Source of the DNA: a virus
Taxonomy: Duplodnaviria > Caudoviricetes
IMG/VR virus record: IMGVR_UViG_3300017766_002981
Location: 1-39,001 of that record
DNA length: 39,001 nt
Direction: 5' to 3' (one strand)
Shown: positions 34,928 through 39,001 of the stretch, in pieces
Layout: every line of letters starts with the position of its first letter
Numbering within the stretch: the first letter of the stretch is position 1
Program-made: the position numbers and the translations under genes
Notes under the pieces: model-generated
Seen by the model: the letters and a program-made list of their open reading frames with translations, nothing else
Database searches by the model: none
Told to the model about the DNA's origin: nothing

Positions 34928-35236
34928 GAGTTACGTTCCTACGCTGATGGAAATTGAAAATGGAAAAGCTGATGATCATCAGCGCGACGATCTGCCTCAC
35001 GGCGATCTGGCTGGTAGCGTGGTGTTGATGTGCACGACACCGTGCGTGCAAAGATGCTGAGAAGTGCAATCATCGCGCGAGTTCCTGTGTCGGAACAGCA
35101 CATGGTGCGCGACGGAATCGAATGTTCCTGCGTTCACGAAATTGTCGTGGACCGGACACAAAGGTTGTGCCAGCTTTTCCCTTCGCCTTGTGCGGCAGGG
35201 GGTAAAAAGAATGAGCGAGATAATTCGCTTCGAAGA

Positions 35237-35491
35237 TCATGCGCGGACCTCGTCGACATCGACGGGCTTGCGCTTCGGCAGAGCAGCCAATTCGGCCATC
35301 ACCTCAAGCGAGATTTCCGACTTCCCGGCGTCGCCGGCCAAGCGCACGATCGCGGCCCAGCGCGGGCCCGGGATGCCGCGCTCGCGCCACCCGCTCACGG
35401 TGGAAGGCAACTGGTCCAGAGCGGCTGCCACCTCGCCGGTGCCACCGAGCGCGTCGATGATTGATCCCCAAGTGCGTGCTGTGTCATTCAT
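35237..35491 (-). CDS. cro: Cro-like repressor
   Basis: IIDALGGTGEVAAAL...TVSGWRERGIP; divergent from cI. Confidence 0.85.
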   Translation of the reverse strand: MNDTARTWGSIIDALGGTGEVAAALDQLPSTVSGWRERGIPGPRWAAIVRLAGDAGKSEISLEVMAELAALPKRKPVDVDEVRA

Positions 35492-35499
35492 GACCGACG

Positions 35500-35547
35500 A
35501 TATAGTTCGCAATTCGCGAACCTGTCAAGCCTTCGCAACATGCGAAG
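35500..35547 (-). promoter_or_regulatory. PR-like promoter with two 17-bp operators
   Basis: TTGACA-N17-CTATAT; operators GTTCGCAATTCGCGAAC (35505-35521) and CTTCGCAACATGCGAAG (35531-35547). Confidence 0.85.
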
Positions 35548-35582
35548 CGACAAATCCCCGGAATTCGAGGACAATCAGTCCT

Positions 35583-35885
35583 ATGGATACGGATATTGAA
35601 GTCTCAAATCGACTTGCTGCATTGCGGGAAAAACTCGGCCTGGATCAGGTCGCGTTCGCAAAATCGCTCGGCATCGAAAAGAACACCTACAATGCCTACG
35701 AGCGGGGCAAGCGCCCGCTGACAATTGAAACCGCCAAGAAAATACGCCGTCGCTACGGCATTTCGGTCGATTGGCTGCTGTTTGGCGACATCGGGCAGCC
35801 GAATCATCAGTTCCTCATGGACATCCAGCCGGCCTCACCGGTCGCGCGGCGCGAACCGGTTCGCAAGAAGCGATCGGTCGCATAA
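35583..35885 (+). CDS. cI: CI-like XRE repressor (100 aa, no S24 peptidase domain)
   Basis: RLAALREKLGLDQVAFAKSLGI..NTYNAYERG...VDWLLFG; flanked by operator pairs. Confidence 0.85.
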   Translation: MDTDIEVSNRLAALREKLGLDQVAFAKSLGIEKNTYNAYERGKRPLTIETAKKIRRRYGISVDWLLFGDIGQPNHQFLMDIQPASPVARREPVRKKRSVA

Positions 35886-35886
35886 A

Positions 35887-35940
35887 GTTCGCAAACCGCG
35901 AATTTTCCTCTTGACGGGTTCGCAGGTTGCGAACTAAGGT
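35887..35940 (+). promoter_or_regulatory. PL-like promoter with two 17-bp operators
   Basis: TTGACG-N18-TAAGGT; GTTCGCAAACCGCGAAT (35887-35903) and GTTCGCAGGTTGCGAAC (35918-35934). Confidence 0.85.
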
Positions 35941-35964
35941 GATCTCCAGAAACGGAGATCGCCC

Positions 35965-36315
35965 ATGTCGCGTGAACTGCACTACCGCTTCGAAGAACTC
36001 CCCCTCGTCATCGAAAACGGATTCAGCGCCGGCCTCGTCAACGGCTCCGCGCTCGTCAGCTACTGGCTCGACGGCCAGTGGGGCGTTTCCCAGATTTACC
36101 TCGACGGCCACAAGCGCAAGCCGGCCGCCGATCTCCTGAAGCAGATCCCCGGCGCCAAGCTCTGGGACGAGCGCGACGTGCAGCTCGACCGCGGCGACCG
36201 CATCCACGCGATCATCTGGGACCGCCTTGAACACGATTGGCGCGCGTCGGTTCAGGAAGCCGTCAACGAAGCGATCGACGCAGAACGGGTTTCCCGTCGG
36301 GAAGGTGCGCGATGA
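35965..36315 (+). CDS. Hypothetical early protein
   Basis: GGAG RBS; first gene after PL. Confidence 0.75.
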   Translation: MSRELHYRFEELPLVIENGFSAGLVNGSALVSYWLDGQWGVSQIYLDGHKRKPAADLLKQIPGAKLWDERDVQLDRGDRIHAIIWDRLEHDWRASVQEAVNEAIDAERVSRREGAR

Positions 36316-36437
36316 GGCGCAGACCTGACCCCGTGGAAGTCATCAAGATCGCGATCCCGGTGCTCGCCGAAGTCGTCGCCGTGGTGCTGTTCCTCTGCAT
36401 GATCGCGATTTACGCCGCGCTGGCGAGCGGGGCCTGA
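36312..36437 (+). CDS. 41-aa TM peptide
   Basis: ATGA-coupled; long hydrophobic stretch. Confidence 0.55.
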   Translation: MRRRPDPVEVIKIAIPVLAEVVAVVLFLCMIAIYAALASGA

Positions 36438-36438
36438 C

Positions 36439-36786
36439 ATGGTGTGGGTCTCGACATGGACACCGGAATCAGAGGCGCTGCTGCTGCACAAGCGGAACGA
36501 GCAGCACATGCGCTGGGGCGACATCGCCCTCGACCTCGGCAAGTCGACATCCTGCTGCCACCGGCGCTGGAAGGAGTTGATGGGCGAGCAGCCGCCGACG
36601 GCGCCCAGCATCGTTCCTGAGCAGCCCCGCCGCCGACCACTGCACCAAATTCTCGGCATCAAGACACACACTCACCGGCAAGCCATTCTCGCCGATCCTC
36701 GCATTGGCCAATGGGATGAAGTCGCCCGCGTCTGGAGCTTCAACCACCTGTTCCGCGAGAGCATCACGCTGGCGGGTGCAGCATGA
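36439..36786 (+). CDS. Myb/SANT or GcrA-like HTH protein
   Basis: WTPESEALL...RWGDIALDLGKSTSCCHRRW. Confidence 0.65.
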   Translation: MVWVSTWTPESEALLLHKRNEQHMRWGDIALDLGKSTSCCHRRWKELMGEQPPTAPSIVPEQPRRRPLHQILGIKTHTHRQAILADPRIGQWDEVARVWSFNHLFRESITLAGAA

Positions 36787-36995
36787 GGCCCGGCGGTTAC
36801 CAGAAACGCATCCTCCCGGTCATTCGGGAAGGCTACTGCAACACCTCGCGCGACCTGTCCGACGTAACCGGCATCCCGGTGTCGAAGTGCTCAGGCGTAA
36901 TCTACAACCTCGCTCGCATGGGCATCGTGAGGCAGACGGACCGCTACATTTATGACGGGCGATTCCGGATGCGGGTTTTCGAGGTGGTCACATGA
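36783..36995 (+). CDS. Small winged-helix protein
   Basis: TSRDLSDVTGIPVSKCSGVIYNLARMGIV. Confidence 0.6.
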   Translation: MRPGGYQKRILPVIREGYCNTSRDLSDVTGIPVSKCSGVIYNLARMGIVRQTDRYIYDGRFRMRVFEVVT

Positions 36996-37927
36996 AGATC
37001 GACAAACCAGGCATCTATCGCGGCGTCGAGGCGGCGCATTACTTCGCTGACCCGTGCCCCGAGCCGTCGTTGTCGCAGTCGCTGGCGAAGATACTGATCG
37101 AGCGCTCGCCGCGTCACGCGATGATCGAGCATCCGCGCCTGTGTCCACCAGAAGCTGTCGACGACGAGGCCGAGAAATACGTCAAGGCCCAGGCAATCGG
37201 CAACGCCGCGCACAAAATCATCCTCGGCCGGGGCAAGGAGATCGAGATCGTCAAGGCCGACGACTTCAAGACCAAAGCCGCGCGCGAGATCCGTGACGCC
37301 GCCAATGACGCCGGCAGGGTACCAATCCTCGAAAAACACATGCTCGACGCCGAGCAGATGGTCGCAACGGCGTGGACACAGATCAAGCGGCATGAGGCCG
37401 ACGACTGTTTCCGCAACGGCGCCGGCGAGGTAGCGCTGATCTGGCAAGAGGACGGCATCTGGTTTCGGTCGCTGGTCGACTGGCTGCACGACGATCTGCG
37501 CACCATGGACGACTACAAGTCCGGCGGCGTGTCGGTTGCGCCGCATGTCATCGGAATGCGGATGGCGGATCAGGGTTGGGACATCCAGGCGGCGATGATC
37601 GAGCGCGGGCTCGCCGTGTTGGACCCCGACGGCGCTGGCCGGCGCCGCTATCGCTTCATCGCCCAGGAGAACCACGCGCCCTTCGCGCTGACCGTCTGCC
37701 AGCTTTCGGAATCGGTCATGACGATGGGGCGCAAGAAGCTACAGGTCGCCGTCGATCTCTGGCGTCACTGCGTCGAGAACGATAGCTGGCCCGCCTACGT
37801 CAATCGCGTGATCTCGCCGGAATACCCGGGCTTCAAGGAAAGCCAATGGCTTGAACGCGAGGTCAACGAATTCTCGGAGCCGCCGATCAAGCGCGGGCCG
37901 ATCCTGAAATCCTTGATGGGAGGCTGA
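36992..37927 (+). CDS. RecE/exonuclease VIII-like PD-(D/E)XK nuclease
   Basis: PGIY..Y, LSQS..K, IGNAAH, RSLVDW, DYKS and DIQAA motifs. Confidence 0.85.
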   Translation: MKIDKPGIYRGVEAAHYFADPCPEPSLSQSLAKILIERSPRHAMIEHPRLCPPEAVDDEAEKYVKAQAIGNAAHKIILGRGKEIEIVKADDFKTKAAREIRDAANDAGRVPILEKHMLDAEQMVATAWTQIKRHEADDCFRNGAGEVALIWQEDGIWFRSLVDWLHDDLRTMDDYKSGGVSVAPHVIGMRMADQGWDIQAAMIERGLAVLDPDGAGRRRYRFIAQENHAPFALTVCQLSESVMTMGRKKLQVAVDLWRHCVENDSWPAYVNRVISPEYPGFKESQWLEREVNEFSEPPIKRGPILKSLMGG

Positions 37928-37928
37928 T

Positions 37929-38849
37929 TTGACATTCCACTTTGCGCCCGCCGTTCGCGAATCCGTGACGCTGCTGATCGCCCTCGCCGGCGCATCCGGT
38001 AGCGGCAAGACCTATAGCGCGCTCCGGCTCGCCAAGGGCATGGCCCCGACGGGCAAGATCGCCTTCATCGACACCGAGGCGCGACGCGGCCTGCACTATG
38101 CCGAGGAGTTCGAATTCCTGCACTCGGACATGCGCCCGCCGTTTCGTCCCGCCGCTTTCATCGAAGGTATCCTCGCAGCCGAGGCAGCCGGCGCCGAGGT
38201 CGTCATCATCGACAGCTTTAGCCACGAGTACGACGGCCAGGGCGGCATCATGGATTGGGCTGATCAGTTGCAGGCCGATGGTGTCAAAGGTCCGGCTGCA
38301 TGGAAAGATCCGAAGGCTGCTCACAAGAAACTAATGAACGCACTACTGCAGTGCAGGGCATCCATCATCTTCTGCCTGCGCGCCGACGAAAAGATTGAGA
38401 TCGTGCGCGAGAACAACCGAACCGTGGTGCGCCCGCTCGGTTGGATGCCGATCTGCGAGAAGCGGTTCATGTTCGAAATGACCGCGAGCTTTACGCTCAC
38501 GCCCGACCGGCCAGGCATCCCGCATTTCGATTTGCCGCACAAGCTGCAGCGCCAGCACCGCGGCATGTTCACGGACACAAAACCCATCGGCGAGGATTCC
38601 GGATTGGCCCTCGCAGAATGGGCGCGCGGCGGTGCGCCAGCCCCCACCGTCGCGCAATTCAAACCGACGGACGACAAAACCGCCGCCGAGTGGGACGTCG
38701 ATCTCGGCGAGGCCGCGAAGCTCGGGACGGTCAAGTTGCAGGAGTGTTGGGCAAAGATCCCTCGCGACATGCAGACAATCTGCAAGGTCGCCCTCGACAC
38801 CCGGCACAAAGCGAGTGCGGCGCGAGCGGATAAAACTGTCGCAGCCTAG
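37929..38849 (+). CDS. AAA ATPase (Sak4-like recombinase partner)
   Basis: Walker A GASGSGKT, IDTE, IIDSFSHE; follows the exonuclease. Confidence 0.8.
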   Translation: MTFHFAPAVRESVTLLIALAGASGSGKTYSALRLAKGMAPTGKIAFIDTEARRGLHYAEEFEFLHSDMRPPFRPAAFIEGILAAEAAGAEVVIIDSFSHEYDGQGGIMDWADQLQADGVKGPAAWKDPKAAHKKLMNALLQCRASIIFCLRADEKIEIVRENNRTVVRPLGWMPICEKRFMFEMTASFTLTPDRPGIPHFDLPHKLQRQHRGMFTDTKPIGEDSGLALAEWARGGAPAPTVAQFKPTDDKTAAEWDVDLGEAAKLGTVKLQECWAKIPRDMQTICKVALDTRHKASAARADKTVAA

Positions 38850-38912
38850 CGCTGCTGAAGCAGAACGAGTGCCGCGCGTTGAAATGACATAGCAACTGAG
38901 GGGATTTATCAG

Positions 38913-39001
38913 ATGAGCAGTTTCTGGATGGGTTTTCTAACGGCGATCGGCTGCTATTTCGCTTTCGGTTTCACGCTGGGCGTGATCGTCGTCATCAAAA
39001 A
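38913..39001 (+). CDS. 5' end of a small membrane protein (partial)
   Basis: GAGGGG upstream; MSSFWMGFLTAIGCYFAFGFTLGVIVVIK runs off the window. Confidence 0.5.
   Translation, partial: MSSFWMGFLTAIGCYFAFGFTLGVIVVIK

Larger units (their letters stand above)
1..39001. mobile_element. Temperate podovirus-type bacteriophage genome (near complete, attP configuration)
   Basis: Integrase, lysis, tail, capsid, portal, terminase, replication, immunity and recombination modules in phage order; no housekeeping genes; no tape measure or sheath gene. Confidence 0.95.

Noticed and set aside
1-39001. CRISPR array, IS element, rRNA
   Set aside because: No regularly spaced repeat-spacer units, transposase or rRNA-like sequence seen

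Overview
The whole window is one temperate, short-tailed (podovirus-type) phage of a high-GC alphaproteobacterium, probably Hyphomicrobiales/Bradyrhizobium-like (inferred from the tRNA fragment, promoter style and sRNA). No host genes are visible. The attachment site after the integrase has phage DNA on both sides, so this looks like the attP (excised, circular or virion) form, missing only part of the early region. Order: xis-int-attP (tRNA-Val 3' half); small + strand accessory genes; an MmgR/suhB-like sRNA; lysis cassette; an opposite-strand GT-C glycosyltransferase moron; tail fibre, ejection proteins, nozzle, adaptor, N4-gp56-type capsid, scaffold, portal and P22-like TerL; a ~5.8 kb insert between terL and terS (second fibre, transglutaminase-like protein, glycosyltransferases, methyltransferase, acetyltransferase); a non-coding island beside terS; late control; replication; lambdoid immunity; RecE/Sak4-type recombination genes. 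Main candidates for new biology: (1) a 28-bp XerC/D dif-like site flanked by two IHF-consensus sites at a GC-skew switch just downstream of terS, suggesting host-Xer circularisation of terminally redundant DNA; (2) a putative virion-glycosylation module in the late operon; (3) a phage-borne anti-Shine-Dalgarno sRNA. All family assignments come from motif recognition by eye, not database searches.
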